Shown: positions 29,002 to 38,564, counted from the first letter of the stretch. The stretch is 60,208 bases of DNA from Patescibacteria group bacterium (GCA_030550735.1 JAUQOT010000001.1:1-60208); one strand, 5' to 3'. The notes: generated from the letters alone by a model not told the origin. Translations and numbers: made by a program.

Positions 29002-30056
29002 CTTTGTTTTAATAATTTTAAAATATCTTTAAAAGTAATTAATAAAAGGAGAAAGAAGAGAAAATAAAAACCTATTTGATGAATTAAAGATTCTATTTTA
29101 ACATTTAACCTTCGTTTTGTTAAGCCTTCATAAATAAAAAAAATAACTCTTCCCCCATCAAGAGCTGGAAAAGGTAGAATATTAAAAAAAACTAAATAAA
29201 GCGAAAGAACACCAATAAAATAAAAAACATATCCTAAACCAAAATTCTCAATATTATTAATAATATACTGATAATAAGAGAAAATACCAACAGGTCCAAC
29301 AATTTCACCAGCAATTTTTTCGCCTTCAAATAAACTTTTAAGAAAAAAGTAAAAATTTGAAATAATATTTAAAAATTGTGATACGGTTTCTTTCAAACCA
29401 TAAACAAAATTAAGTGGAAAGGGTTTTGTTTCGAAAACAAAATTAGACAAATAAACACCCAAAACCCCTCCAGAAGAAAGGGCTTTTTCGGGTAACCTAA
29501 GATTTACTTCTTTTAACTCGCCTCTCCTTTCAATTTTTAAAACAATATCTTTACCTAAATTATTTTTTAAAAAACTAGAAAACTCTTGGGGGTTTTTAAA
29601 GTAAAATTCTTTGTTATCAATTTTTAGACTTCGGATAATGTCACCAATAGAAAAAATTTCTTTAAAAGGAGAGTCTAACAAAAAACCTGAAATAATAATT
29701 TGCTGAGTTGGTCGAGGAAAGGCTATTAGAAAACTTAAAGAAAAAAGAAAATAAGCAAGAAAAAAATTCATTAAAGCACCGCCGAGGGTTATTATTATTC
29801 TTTTTCCTACCGGAAGAGTATAAAAACCTTCTTCTTCGGGATTTTCTTCACCCTTTAATTTGACATAACCACCCAAAAGGAGAATACCAAAAGAGCAAAC
29901 GGTTTCCTTAATTTTTTTAGAAAAAATTTTGGGAGGAAAACCCAAAGAAAACTCAAGAACCGGAAGTTTAAATTTTTTAGCCATTAAAAAATGACCGAAT
30001 TCATGAACAAAAATTATCAAATTAAGAAAAAAAAGAAAACTTAAAATGTCCATCAT
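28998..30056 (-). CDS. rseP: Site-2 intramembrane metalloprotease (RseP/M50)
   Basis: HEFGHF near the N-terminus, a central PDZ-like segment, and NILPFPALDGGR. Confidence 0.88.
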   Translation of the reverse strand: MMDILSFLFFLNLIIFVHEFGHFLMAKKFKLPVLEFSLGFPPKIFSKKIKETVCSFGILLLGGYVKLKGEENPEEEGFYTLPVGKRIIITLGGALMNFFLAYFLFSLSFLIAFPRPTQQIIISGFLLDSPFKEIFSIGDIIRSLKIDNKEFYFKNPQEFSSFLKNNLGKDIVLKIERRGELKEVNLRLPEKALSSGGVLGVYLSNFVFETKPFPLNFVYGLKETVSQFLNIISNFYFFLKSLFEGEKIAGEIVGPVGIFSYYQYIINNIENFGLGYVFYFIGVLSLYLVFFNILPFPALDGGRVIFFIYEGLTKRRLNVKIESLIHQIGFYFLFFLLLLITFKDILKLLKQR

Positions 30057-30598
30057 TAACCTAAAACTTCCTTTTCTTTGTTTTTAAAAATTTCTTCGAC
30101 CTTCTTGTTAAAAGCTTCAATTTCTTTATCCATCTCTTCTCTATTTCGATAAAAACTATCTTCGGAAATTTCTCCTTTTTCTTTCTTGTTTTTTAAAGTT
30201 TTTAAAAATTCGTCTCTTAATTTTCTTGCTTTAATTCTTACTTCTTCTTTTAGTTGATTTAATGATTTTAAAATATTTCTTTTTGTTTCTTCAGTTAAAG
30301 GAGGAAATTTCACAATTAAACTTTTTTTCTCTTTAGAGATACTCAAACCTAAATTTTTGTTCCTGATTCCCGATTCAATTTCATTTATCATACTTTCATC
30401 AAAAACTTCTATTTTAAAAGTAAGAAAATCTAATTGGGAAATAAAACCTAAAGCTTTTAAAGGAAAATTCTGACCATAAATTTCGATTTCAAGATTCTCT
30501 AAAAAAGAAAGACCTAAACGATGACCTCGGATTTCTTGAAGTTTTCTATTTGCTTCTGAAATAAGTTTTTCTAACTCATTTTTAAAATCATTTATCAT
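30056..30598 (-). CDS. frr: Ribosome recycling factor
   Basis: 180 aa with ...LQEIRGHRLGLSFLENLEIEIYG...PPLTEETRK-like PPLTEETKRNILK... Confidence 0.88.
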   Translation of the reverse strand: MINDFKNELEKLISEANRKLQEIRGHRLGLSFLENLEIEIYGQNFPLKALGFISQLDFLTFKIEVFDESMINEIESGIRNKNLGLSISKEKKSLIVKFPPLTEETKRNILKSLNQLKEEVRIKARKLRDEFLKTLKNKKEKGEISEDSFYRNREEMDKEIEAFNKKVEEIFKNKEKEVLG

Positions 30599-30717
30599 CT
30601 AAAATGAATAATATTTTTTAATAATCGACTTAAATCAATTGATTTACCAATTTCTTCAATTTGGAACAAAAAATTAATTTTTAAAATTGAAAAAAATATA
30701 AAAAGAAAAATAATCAT
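30595..30717 (-). CDS. Possible 40-aa small membrane protein (below the ORF-track cutoff)
   Basis: Own translation: MIIFLFIFFSILKINFLFQIEEIGKSIDLSRLLKNIIHFR. Its TGA overlaps the frr ATG (ATGA), the coupling pattern used by real genes here. It fills most of the only sizeable gap between holB and frr. Confidence 0.3.
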   Translation of the reverse strand: MIIFLFIFFSILKINFLFQIEEIGKSIDLSRLLKNIIHFR

Positions 30718-30748
30718 AAATAAGAGAAATTTATAGGCTTTCCAAACT

Positions 30749-31564
30749 TTATCCATAATTTAATATAAAACTTGTTAATTGAAGGTCCCAATTAAAATCA
30801 TATTCTGTTTCATTATAAAGTTCTAGTAATTCTTTTATTTTATCAAAATCTTTATAACTAAGTTGGGAACCTTTTTTAATTTTTTCAATTAGATCTTGGC
30901 GATAAACTAAGATTAAAATTTCAAGAAGATTCCGAAAAAAAGAATCTTCATCGGGAAAATTTTTTAATCTCAAAGAATTAATTTTTTCTAAAGAAGTCAT
31001 TTGGAAAAATTTTTTTAAATATTCAAAAAAATGACGTTCTTCTAAAAGTTTAATTGCTTTGCCGGGTTGAAAAGGATAAATTTTCAAGACAAAATCAATT
31101 TCAAAATCGGAAAAATTTCTCTCTTTTAATATTTTAAAAGTTAACTCTTTTTCCAAAAAACCAAATTTTAAAACAATGGCTCTTGATCTAATCGTGGGGA
31201 GGATTTTTCTAAATTTATGAGTTACAAAAACAAAAAGCGTTGAAGAAGATGGTTCTTCGATTGTTTTCAAGATAACATTTTGACTTTCTTCTTTTAATTT
31301 ATGAAAATCATCCACTAAAATAACTCTTTTTTCTTTATTTTTTTTATAACTCAATCTTTCTAGAAATCTAGCTGTTTCAATTCTTAAAATTTTATCTTTA
31401 GTTTGAATGACAATTTTTTCCCAATTTTCAAAAGAAAAAATTATTTCTTTTACTAAATTAAACTTTCCCACGCCTTCTGGACCGCTTAAAATTAATACCC
31501 CTTTCTTTTCATTTACTAACCATTCTTTTAAAAAATTTTTCTCTTTTTCATGACCGTGAATCAT
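30749..31564 (-). CDS. holB: DNA polymerase III delta-prime subunit (clamp-loader AAA+)
   Basis: GPEGVGKFNL (P-loop), ILVDDFHKL, KTIEEP, and SRA (sensor). Confidence 0.8.
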   Translation of the reverse strand: MIHGHEKEKNFLKEWLVNEKKGVLILSGPEGVGKFNLVKEIIFSFENWEKIVIQTKDKILRIETARFLERLSYKKNKEKRVILVDDFHKLKEESQNVILKTIEEPSSSTLFVFVTHKFRKILPTIRSRAIVLKFGFLEKELTFKILKERNFSDFEIDFVLKIYPFQPGKAIKLLEERHFFEYLKKFFQMTSLEKINSLRLKNFPDEDSFFRNLLEILILVYRQDLIEKIKKGSQLSYKDFDKIKELLELYNETEYDFNWDLQLTSFILNYG

Positions 31565-32568
31565 TAAGACTGAATAATTTTTTGATAAATTTCGATTTTA
31601 TCAAGAACTTTTCCTGTTCCTCGAGCTACAGCAAAAAGAGGGTTCTCGGCTATATAGGCTTTAATTGATGTTTGAAAAGTAATTAACTTATCTATTTCTC
31701 TAAGAAGAGCTCCACCTCCTGAAAGAACCATACCTCTTTCCATAATATCAGCAACTAATTCTGGCGGCGTTGATGCCAAAACTCTTTTAATTCCTGAAAC
31801 TATTTCCTTAAGTTCCTTTGAAATAGCTTCAGCTATTTGTGATGAAGAAAGTTCAATGCTTTTAGGTAAACCAGTTAAATAATCAACACCATAAACATTC
31901 ATTTTAATTTCATCTTTAGAATTTTTAAGTGGTAAAGCAGAGCCAATTTGAATTTTTATTGTTTCTGCTGTTTTTTCTCCAATTGCTAAGTTGAATTTTC
32001 TTCTTAAATATTCTCTAATTGCTTCATCCATTTTATCACCGGCAATTTTTAAAGATTCAAAATTAACTATCCCACCCAAAGAAATAACTGCAATTTCAGT
32101 AGTTCCTCCACCAATATTTACAATCATATTTCCTAAAGGATTTTGAATTGGCATTTCAGCTCCAAGAGCAGCTAAAATAGGTTCTTTGATAGGATGAACC
32201 TCTCTGGCTCCAGCTTCTAAACCAGCATCAATAATAGCTCTTTTTTCCGTTGAAGTAATTCCTGCAGGCACAGAAATAACCATAATTGGTTTAAAAAAAC
32301 GCGTTATTTTGATTTTTCTCAAAAAGTACCTTAAAATAGCAAGTGTTGCTTGATAATCAGCGATAACTCCTTCTTTAAGTGGTCTGTAAATTTTTATTTC
32401 TCGGGGTGTTTTACCAATCATTTCTTTTGCCTCATTTCCGACAGCAATTATTTTCTGAAAAACTTCATCATAAGCAACAACTGTTGGTTCTGTTAAAACC
32501 ACCCCCCTACCCGGAAGATAAACATTCGAATTGGCTGTTCCTAAATCAATACCTATTTTAAAAATCAT
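31564..32568 (-). CDS. mreB: Actin-like rod shape protein MreB (copy 2)
   Basis: MIFKIGIDLGTANSNVY, VNIGGGTTEIAVISLGG, LSGGGALLREID. First ATG is 32568; the track start 32625 is TTG. Confidence 0.9.
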   Translation of the reverse strand: MIFKIGIDLGTANSNVYLPGRGVVLTEPTVVAYDEVFQKIIAVGNEAKEMIGKTPREIKIYRPLKEGVIADYQATLAILRYFLRKIKITRFFKPIMVISVPAGITSTEKRAIIDAGLEAGAREVHPIKEPILAALGAEMPIQNPLGNMIVNIGGGTTEIAVISLGGIVNFESLKIAGDKMDEAIREYLRRKFNLAIGEKTAETIKIQIGSALPLKNSKDEIKMNVYGVDYLTGLPKSIELSSSQIAEAISKELKEIVSGIKRVLASTPPELVADIMERGMVLSGGGALLREIDKLITFQTSIKAYIAENPLFAVARGTGKVLDKIEIYQKIIQS

Positions 32569-34285
32569 GGTAGAAAAAGAATATTTTACTCTCAATATTA
32601 TACCACTAATTTCTCTTCCTCCCAATTCTCCAGATTTTTTTACTTATTTTAGCGATGAAAAATTAAAACCATATAGTTTAGTAGAAATCAATTTTAAAAA
32701 CAAAATAATCAAAGGTGTTGTTTTTGAAGTATTAAAAACATCAAAGGCAAGGCAAGAAATAAAAGAAATTTTGCCCAAAATAAAGAAAATAAATAAAGTC
32801 ATTTCTTATGAAGAGGTTCTCTCATCTTCTGATGTTTTTTTAATAAAATGGTTGAGTAATTATTTTGGTTTTTCTTTTCCTTTCATTTTGAAAAATTTTT
32901 TTTATCCTCTTATAAAGTTAGATTTAAAAGATTTTTTTCTTCAATCAGAAAAAAGAACTTCGTTTAAGTGGTTAAAGGAAATAGACAAATTAATTTTAAA
33001 AAATAAAAAAACGTTAGTAGTTGTACCAGAGGTTTCTTTTGCTTTTGAAGCAGAAAATTTTTTCAAAAAATTTAATTTACCAATCTTTCGTCTTCTTCCT
33101 CCTCTTACTAAATCGAAAATTGAAAAATTAAAAATAGGTCTCAAAAATAAAGAACTAATCTTAATCACTTCAAAAAAACTTGTTTTTAATCTAATAGATT
33201 TTTTTAATCTTTTAATTATTTACCGTGAAGGCCTCTTTTTTTATTATGACTTATTTAAAAATATTAATTTTGATTATAGAGAAATTTTTAAAAAATTAGC
33301 GGTTATTAAAAAAAGACAAATTATTTTTTTTGACGATTTTCCTTCTTTAGATATTCTTAAAAATAGAGAAATTAATTTAAATTTTGATTTTTCGGTTGTA
33401 AATAATTTTGAAGAAGTTGCTGTTTTGTTAAAGAATTTCAAGAAAGTAATAATTTTTATTCCTCAAAAAATTAAAGGTAGAGGCTTAATTTGTCAAACCT
33501 GTTTTTATTCTTTAAAATGTGAAACTTGTCAAAGCGATCTCATAGTAGAAGATGAAAAGGTTTATTGCTCTCTATGTTTAAAAGAAAAAAAATTGAATTT
33601 AACAATTTGTCCTAATTGTAAATCTAAAGATTCTTTTTCTTTAAAAAAAATAGGAGCAATAGGAATTTATAGTCTCTTAAAAAACTTACCTAACGTCTAC
33701 TTAATTAAAAGAAAAACAAAAAAGATGATAAAAGAAATAAGCAAAAAAGAAAGTTTCATTCTTATTGGTAGTCTATCCTTGATTTCTGGACTAACACCTG
33801 AGGTTGAAGCTGTTTTTTTCTTTAATTTTGAAAATTTTTATTTATCTTATGACCCATTTTTAAGAGAAAAATATCTACGTCTTCTTCATTATTTTAATCA
33901 AAAATCAAAAAAAGTTTTTCTGGTAACTTATTTAAGAAATCCTCTAATCGAAAAAGAAATAAAAGAAGGAAAAATTTTGGAAAGAATTCTAAAAGAAAGG
34001 CAAGTTTCAAAACTTCCACCTTATTCAAAGATAATAAAAATAATAAAGGGGAGCAAAGATTTTTACAAAATTCAAAAAGAATTCATTGAGTTAAAAGAAA
34101 AATTAAAAAAAATAACTCCTGAAGAAATAATTGGTCCAATTTTAGCTAAACCATACAGAATAAGAAATAAAAAATTTTTAGAGATAATTATTCGCAGAGA
34201 AAGCGGCGAACACAATTTAAAAAAAATACTTCATTTAAGCGAGTTTAAACCGGAAAAGATTAAAATAAACCCTCTAGAGGTTTAA
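32567..34285 (+). CDS. priA: PriA-like primosomal protein with degenerate (ATPase-dead) helicase core
   Basis: N-terminal 3'-DNA-binding-like YSLVEINFKNKIIKGVVFEV. PriA Cys-rich region CQTC...CETC...CSLC...CPNC. Helicase landmarks align but lack catalytic residues: no GxGKT anywhere, DEEH is YREG, QVAGRAGR is HYFNQKSK. First ATG is 32567; 32531 is TTG. Confidence 0.65.
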   Translation: MVEKEYFTLNIIPLISLPPNSPDFFTYFSDEKLKPYSLVEINFKNKIIKGVVFEVLKTSKARQEIKEILPKIKKINKVISYEEVLSSSDVFLIKWLSNYFGFSFPFILKNFFYPLIKLDLKDFFLQSEKRTSFKWLKEIDKLILKNKKTLVVVPEVSFAFEAENFFKKFNLPIFRLLPPLTKSKIEKLKIGLKNKELILITSKKLVFNLIDFFNLLIIYREGLFFYYDLFKNINFDYREIFKKLAVIKKRQIIFFDDFPSLDILKNREINLNFDFSVVNNFEEVAVLLKNFKKVIIFIPQKIKGRGLICQTCFYSLKCETCQSDLIVEDEKVYCSLCLKEKKLNLTICPNCKSKDSFSLKKIGAIGIYSLLKNLPNVYLIKRKTKKMIKEISKKESFILIGSLSLISGLTPEVEAVFFFNFENFYLSYDPFLREKYLRLLHYFNQKSKKVFLVTYLRNPLIEKEIKEGKILERILKERQVSKLPPYSKIIKIIKGSKDFYKIQKEFIELKEKLKKITPEEIIGPILAKPYRIRNKKFLEIIIRRESGEHNLKKILHLSEFKPEKIKINPLEV

Positions 34286-34885
34286 CCGTGAATTTATTTC
34301 TTTCCAAATATTTTGGTGAACTTTTTGAACTGTCCCTTCACCATCAATTTCTAAAATTTCTCCTTTGGTCTTTAAAAATTTAATAGCTGGTAATGTATAT
34401 TTTTTAAAGTTTTCTATTCTTTCTTTAACAATTTCTTTTACATCGTCAATTCTTTTTCTTTTAGCTGTTCGCTTATAAATTTCATCCTCACTTATTTTTA
34501 AACAAATAAAAAGATAATTTATTTTTTCTTTTTTAACTAAATTTAAATAATTCTTTGCCTCTAAGAGACTTCGCGGACCGCCAACAATAATTAAGTTTTG
34601 TTTAAGAGGCAAATTATTTTTTATAATATTTTCTACCAACCAACTTACAAATTTAAATGACACCAATTTACCAGAAATAAAATTTTCTTTTTCTTTTTTT
34701 AAGTCAATTAAGGTTTTTCCGATTTTTATAAATCTTCTTTTCTTGTATTCAAAATAATCTTTTAAAACCTCCGAAATAGTAATTCTTTTAGCTTTTAATT
34801 TCTTGGCTAAAATTTTTGCTTGAGTATCTTTCCCAGCTGCTGGTGCTCCGGTTAAGAAGATTAAGATCTTTTTTTTAAATTTCAT
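34274..34885 (-). CDS. adk: Adenylate kinase (divergent)
   Basis: P-loop GAPAAGKDTQAKILAKKL, the GGPRSLLEAK segment, and the canonical position after secY. Confidence 0.7.
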   Translation of the reverse strand: MKFKKKILIFLTGAPAAGKDTQAKILAKKLKAKRITISEVLKDYFEYKKRRFIKIGKTLIDLKKEKENFISGKLVSFKFVSWLVENIIKNNLPLKQNLIIVGGPRSLLEAKNYLNLVKKEKINYLFICLKISEDEIYKRTAKRKRIDDVKEIVKERIENFKKYTLPAIKFLKTKGEILEIDGEGTVQKVHQNIWKEINSRLNL

Positions 34886-36149
34886 ATTTTCTTAAACTCA
34901 TCTCAGCTTCAATTTGCTTAACTGTTTCAATAGCTACGGAAACTAAAATTAGAATAGATGTTCCTCCAATAATAAGAAACTGGGTTGGACTAAAAATTTG
35001 AAAAATATAAGGTAAAATAGCTATCAATCCTAAAAACAAACCACCAAAAAGATTAATTCTCTGAAGAGTTTTATTTAAAAATTTTTGTGTTTCTACACCT
35101 GGTCTAATACCAGGAATAAAAGCACCCGTTTTTTGAAAATTCTTAGAGATTTCTTCGGCATTAAAAGTTATCGAAGTATAAAGATAAGTGAAAGCAAAAA
35201 CTAAAATAAAATAAAGGGAAGCAAAAATAAAATTGTTATTTAAAATAGTATTAATTTCTGAAAGGATCATATCAAAAAATGGTATTTTTAAAATTCCTAA
35301 AAATTGCAAGAACGATTGAGGAAAAACCAAAACAGCTAAAGCAAAAATAATAGGTATGACACCGGCTTGAGTCAATTTTACAGGTAAATAGGTTGTTTGT
35401 CCACCATAAAGTCGATTACCTCTAACTCTTTTAGAAAAAACTAAAGGAATTCTCCTTTCCGATTCATTAATAAAAACAACTCCACCTATTATAAGAAAAG
35501 CTAATAAAATAAATAGAAGGTAAGAAAAGAATTTATCAAAAGTAAAAGTTAAATAAGCATTCAAAATATTAACTGGTAAATTAGCTACAATACCCGAAAA
35601 AACAATTAAAGAAATTCCGTTACCTAATTTTTGTTCAGTAATAATTTCTCCAAGCCACATAACAATCATTGATCCAACGGTAACTAAAAAAGCATCTCTT
35701 ACTAAATCGAAGATTGAACTAAGAATAATAAGGTTTTGATAATTTAAGAAATTTAAAAAACCAATTGCTTGAATAAAAGAAATAGGAACCGTAATTAATC
35801 TAGCGTATTGGTTAACTTTCATTCTCCCCATTTCTCCTTCTTCATAATATAAATTCTTAAGTTTTGGACTAATTAGAGTAAGAAGCTGAAGAATAATCGA
35901 AGCAGTAATATAAGGCCCAACCCCCAAAAGAGCAATTGAAAGATTTGATAAAGCTCCTCCGGAAAATATATTTAAAAGACCAAAAAATTGATTAGTTTTA
36001 AATAAAGTTCTAAATCTTTCTAAATCGACATCAGGAAGAGGAATGGTTGAAAAAAATCTATAAAGAGCAAGTAAAAGGAGAATAATTAAAAATCTTCTTC
36101 TTAAATCCTTTACTTTTAAAAAATTTTTAAAGGTTATAAAAAAATTCAT
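34875..36149 (-). CDS. secY: Preprotein translocase subunit SecY
   Basis: 424 aa, 10-TM pattern, LNIFSGGALSNLSIALLGVGPYITASII. Lies after rplO. Confidence 0.93.
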   Translation of the reverse strand: MNFFITFKNFLKVKDLRRRFLIILLLLALYRFFSTIPLPDVDLERFRTLFKTNQFFGLLNIFSGGALSNLSIALLGVGPYITASIILQLLTLISPKLKNLYYEEGEMGRMKVNQYARLITVPISFIQAIGFLNFLNYQNLIILSSIFDLVRDAFLVTVGSMIVMWLGEIITEQKLGNGISLIVFSGIVANLPVNILNAYLTFTFDKFFSYLLFILLAFLIIGGVVFINESERRIPLVFSKRVRGNRLYGGQTTYLPVKLTQAGVIPIIFALAVLVFPQSFLQFLGILKIPFFDMILSEINTILNNNFIFASLYFILVFAFTYLYTSITFNAEEISKNFQKTGAFIPGIRPGVETQKFLNKTLQRINLFGGLFLGLIAILPYIFQIFSPTQFLIIGGTSILILVSVAIETVKQIEAEMSLRKYEI

Positions 36150-36574
36150 TTAATATCTCCACCTTGATTTTTAATTTTTTCTAAGGCTCGTTTAGAAAAA
36201 AGAAAGTCTTGAGAAAAAATAACTTTTTTTGTTAATTTACCCCTACCTAAAATTTTGATTTTAAGATTTTTATAACTTTTAGGAATTCTAATTTTATTTA
36301 AAATCCTTTCAGGAGTAACCAATTCACCATCATTAAAAAATTTATTAATCCAATCGAGATTTATTTCTAAAATCTTTTTTTCAATTTTTATATTTCCAAC
36401 CCCTCTCTTCTTTGGAAATTTCAAAATAATATCTCTTAAAGCTGGTCTAATTTTTGCACCTGCTCTTGCTTTTTGACCCTTTATCCCCCTTCCTGAATAA
36501 TTTCCTCTCTTACCTCCTCGTCCAATTCTTTTCTTTTTCTTTAATTTAAATTTTATTTCATTAATTTGAACCAT
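36146..36574 (-). CDS. rplO: Ribosomal protein L15
   Basis: KKKKRIGRGGKRGNYSGRGIKGQKARAG. Its start overlaps the rpsE stop. Confidence 0.92.
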   Translation of the reverse strand: MVQINEIKFKLKKKKRIGRGGKRGNYSGRGIKGQKARAGAKIRPALRDIILKFPKKRGVGNIKIEKKILEINLDWINKFFNDGELVTPERILNKIRIPKSYKNLKIKILGRGKLTKKVIFSQDFLFSKRALEKIKNQGGDIK

Positions 36575-37058
36575 TTTTCTTTTTTTCTAAAATATCTTTT
36601 AATTTTAATTTATTTTCATAAATATTAGCCAACTTTTCTAGTGCCTTAATAGTAGCTAAAGCATTTGTAAAATTATTTTTGGTAACACCTAAAATTTTAG
36701 CTGTTGCATCTTTATAACCAGCAAGAAAAAGCACTTTTCTTACCGGACCTCCAGCAATTAAACCTTTTCCCGGTTTAGCGGGTTTTAATAAAACTTCTGA
36801 ACTTTTAAATTTAGCTCTAACTTCAAAAGGTAGGGTTCCATTAACAATAGGAACATTAATTAAATTTTTTTGTGCTTGAAAAATTGCTTTTTGAAAAGCA
36901 TCGCTTTTATCTTGACCCTTACCAACACCAAAGCCTATTTTACCGTTTAAATCACCAATAACCACAGCGGCTCTTATTTTCAATCTTTTTCCTCCTTCAG
37001 TTACTTTAGCTGTTCTTGCAAGATCAAGTATTTCGTATTGAAAATTCTCTTTGATCAT
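36561..37058 (-). CDS. rpsE: Ribosomal protein S5
   Basis: RTAKVTEGGKRLKIRAAVVIGDLNGKIGFGVGKG. Confidence 0.93.
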   Translation of the reverse strand: MIKENFQYEILDLARTAKVTEGGKRLKIRAAVVIGDLNGKIGFGVGKGQDKSDAFQKAIFQAQKNLINVPIVNGTLPFEVRAKFKSSEVLLKPAKPGKGLIAGGPVRKVLFLAGYKDATAKILGVTKNNFTNALATIKALEKLANIYENKLKLKDILEKKKNGSN

Positions 37059-37067
37059 TTTTAAAAT

Positions 37068-37421
37068 TTAAAACTTAATTCCCAATCTTCTCAAAGCTTC
37101 AGCAAAATCTTTGGTTCGACCTTTATAACTAAAACCACCACGATCAAAAACTATTTGAAAAATGTTCTTTTCTTTAAGTCTTTGAGCTAAAATTTCGGCT
37201 GTTTTTAAAACTTTCTCTTTGTTTGTTAATTTTTGATTCTTAAATTCAAGACTTGAAGCAGATACAAGAGTTCTTCCTTGAGTATCATCAATAACTTGAG
37301 CATAAACATGTTGATTTGTTTTATAAAAAGAAAGTCTTGGTCTTTCTGGAGTTCCAAAAATCTTCTTTCTTATCTTTTTGTGTCTTTTTATTCTTTTTTC
37401 TTTTTTCGATAATTTTAACAT
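37068..37421 (-). CDS. rplR: Ribosomal protein L18
   Basis: RHKKIRKKIFGTPERPRLSFYKTNQHVYAQVIDD...FDRGGFSYKGR. Confidence 0.93.
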   Translation of the reverse strand: MLKLSKKEKRIKRHKKIRKKIFGTPERPRLSFYKTNQHVYAQVIDDTQGRTLVSASSLEFKNQKLTNKEKVLKTAEILAQRLKEKNIFQIVFDRGGFSYKGRTKDFAEALRRLGIKF

Positions 37422-37423
37422 AT

Positions 37424-37978
37424 CTATTTACCAAGTTTTTTGACTTGTTTAGTGGGAATAAACTCGCCCTCGTACATAAAACCTTTAAGATGATATCTAT
37501 CGGCTGGCTTAAGAGATTTTATTTTCGCTGCAAAATTACCAACTTTCTCTTTGTCTATTCCTTTAATAATTATAATAACTCTTCCTTTTTCTTGTTTAAG
37601 TTCAATTTCAATTCCTTGAGGTATTTCAACCTCAACTAAATGAGAAAAACCTAATCTGAAAACAATCTTATTACCTTTTATCTCGGCATTATAACCAAGG
37701 CCTTGAAGAATAAGGGTTTTTTTAAATCCTTGTGATACTCCAAGAATTTTATTATTAAGAATACTTCGAATTGTTCCCCATAAGGGTTTTGTTTTTTTAT
37801 CTAATTCTTGAAGAGGTATTATTTTTAAAATGTTATTTTCTTTTTCGATCTTAAAAATATGAGACGGATACTCGAATTCTAAATTTCCCAATGGTCCCCA
37901 AACTTTAACCAAAGAACCATTAATCTCCACCTTAACATTCTCAGGAATATTTATCGGTTTTTTACCTATTTTAGACAT
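37424..37978 (-). CDS. rplF: Ribosomal protein L6
   Basis: MSKIGKKPINIPENVKVEINGSLVKVWGPLG. ATG at 37978 (TAATG overlap with rpsH); the track start 37993 is TTG. Confidence 0.92.
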   Translation of the reverse strand: MSKIGKKPINIPENVKVEINGSLVKVWGPLGNLEFEYPSHIFKIEKENNILKIIPLQELDKKTKPLWGTIRSILNNKILGVSQGFKKTLILQGLGYNAEIKGNKIVFRLGFSHLVEVEIPQGIEIELKQEKGRVIIIIKGIDKEKVGNFAAKIKSLKPADRYHLKGFMYEGEFIPTKQVKKLGK

Positions 37979-38376
37979 TATCTTACTTCGCAAATAATTT
38001 CACCGCCCAATTTTCTTTTTCTAGCTTCAACATCTGTCATAATTCCTCGAGAAGTAGAGACGATTCTAAAACCAAAACCTGATCTTAATTTTTTAAAATC
38101 ACGATAACCCATATAAACTCGTCTTCCTGGTTTGGAAACTCTAATTAAATCTTCGATTAGAGGTGTTCCATTTTCATCATATTTAAGATAAACAATAATT
38201 TTTTTCTTTATTCCCTCGCCAGAAACTTTTATATCTTCTATAAGATTATGATCTTTCAATATTTTTAAAACGGCAATTTTTAATTTAGAATAAGGAATTT
38301 CTACTTTATTTTTTTTTGCAGCTAAAGCATTCTTAATTCTTGCTAACATGTCTCCTAAAGGATCAGTCATAACCAT
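37978..38376 (-). CDS. rpsH: Ribosomal protein S8
   Basis: MVMTDPLGDMLARIKNA... First ATG is 38376; the track start is TTG. Confidence 0.92.
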   Translation of the reverse strand: MVMTDPLGDMLARIKNALAAKKNKVEIPYSKLKIAVLKILKDHNLIEDIKVSGEGIKKKIIVYLKYDENGTPLIEDLIRVSKPGRRVYMGYRDFKKLRSGFGFRIVSTSRGIMTDVEARKRKLGGEIICEVR

Positions 38377-38378
38377 GA

Positions 38379-38564
38379 TTACCAACTGGCTTTTTTAAGT
38401 CCAGGAATTTCGCCCCTATGAGCCATTTCTCTTAAGCAAATTCGACATAAATTAAAATCACGAAAATATCCTCTTGTTCTTCCACAACGAAAACAGAAAT
38501 TTCTTTTTCTTGTTTTATATTTCGGTTCTCTTTTCCATCTTTCTATTTGGGCTTTGCTTGGCAT
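38379..38564 (-). CDS. rpsN: Ribosomal protein S14, zinc-binding short (type Z) form
   Basis: [61 protein letters not shown], 61 aa, CxxC...CxxC. ATG at 38564. Confidence 0.92.
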   Translation of the reverse strand: MPSKAQIERWKREPKYKTRKRNFCFRCGRTRGYFRDFNLCRICLREMAHRGEIPGLKKASW

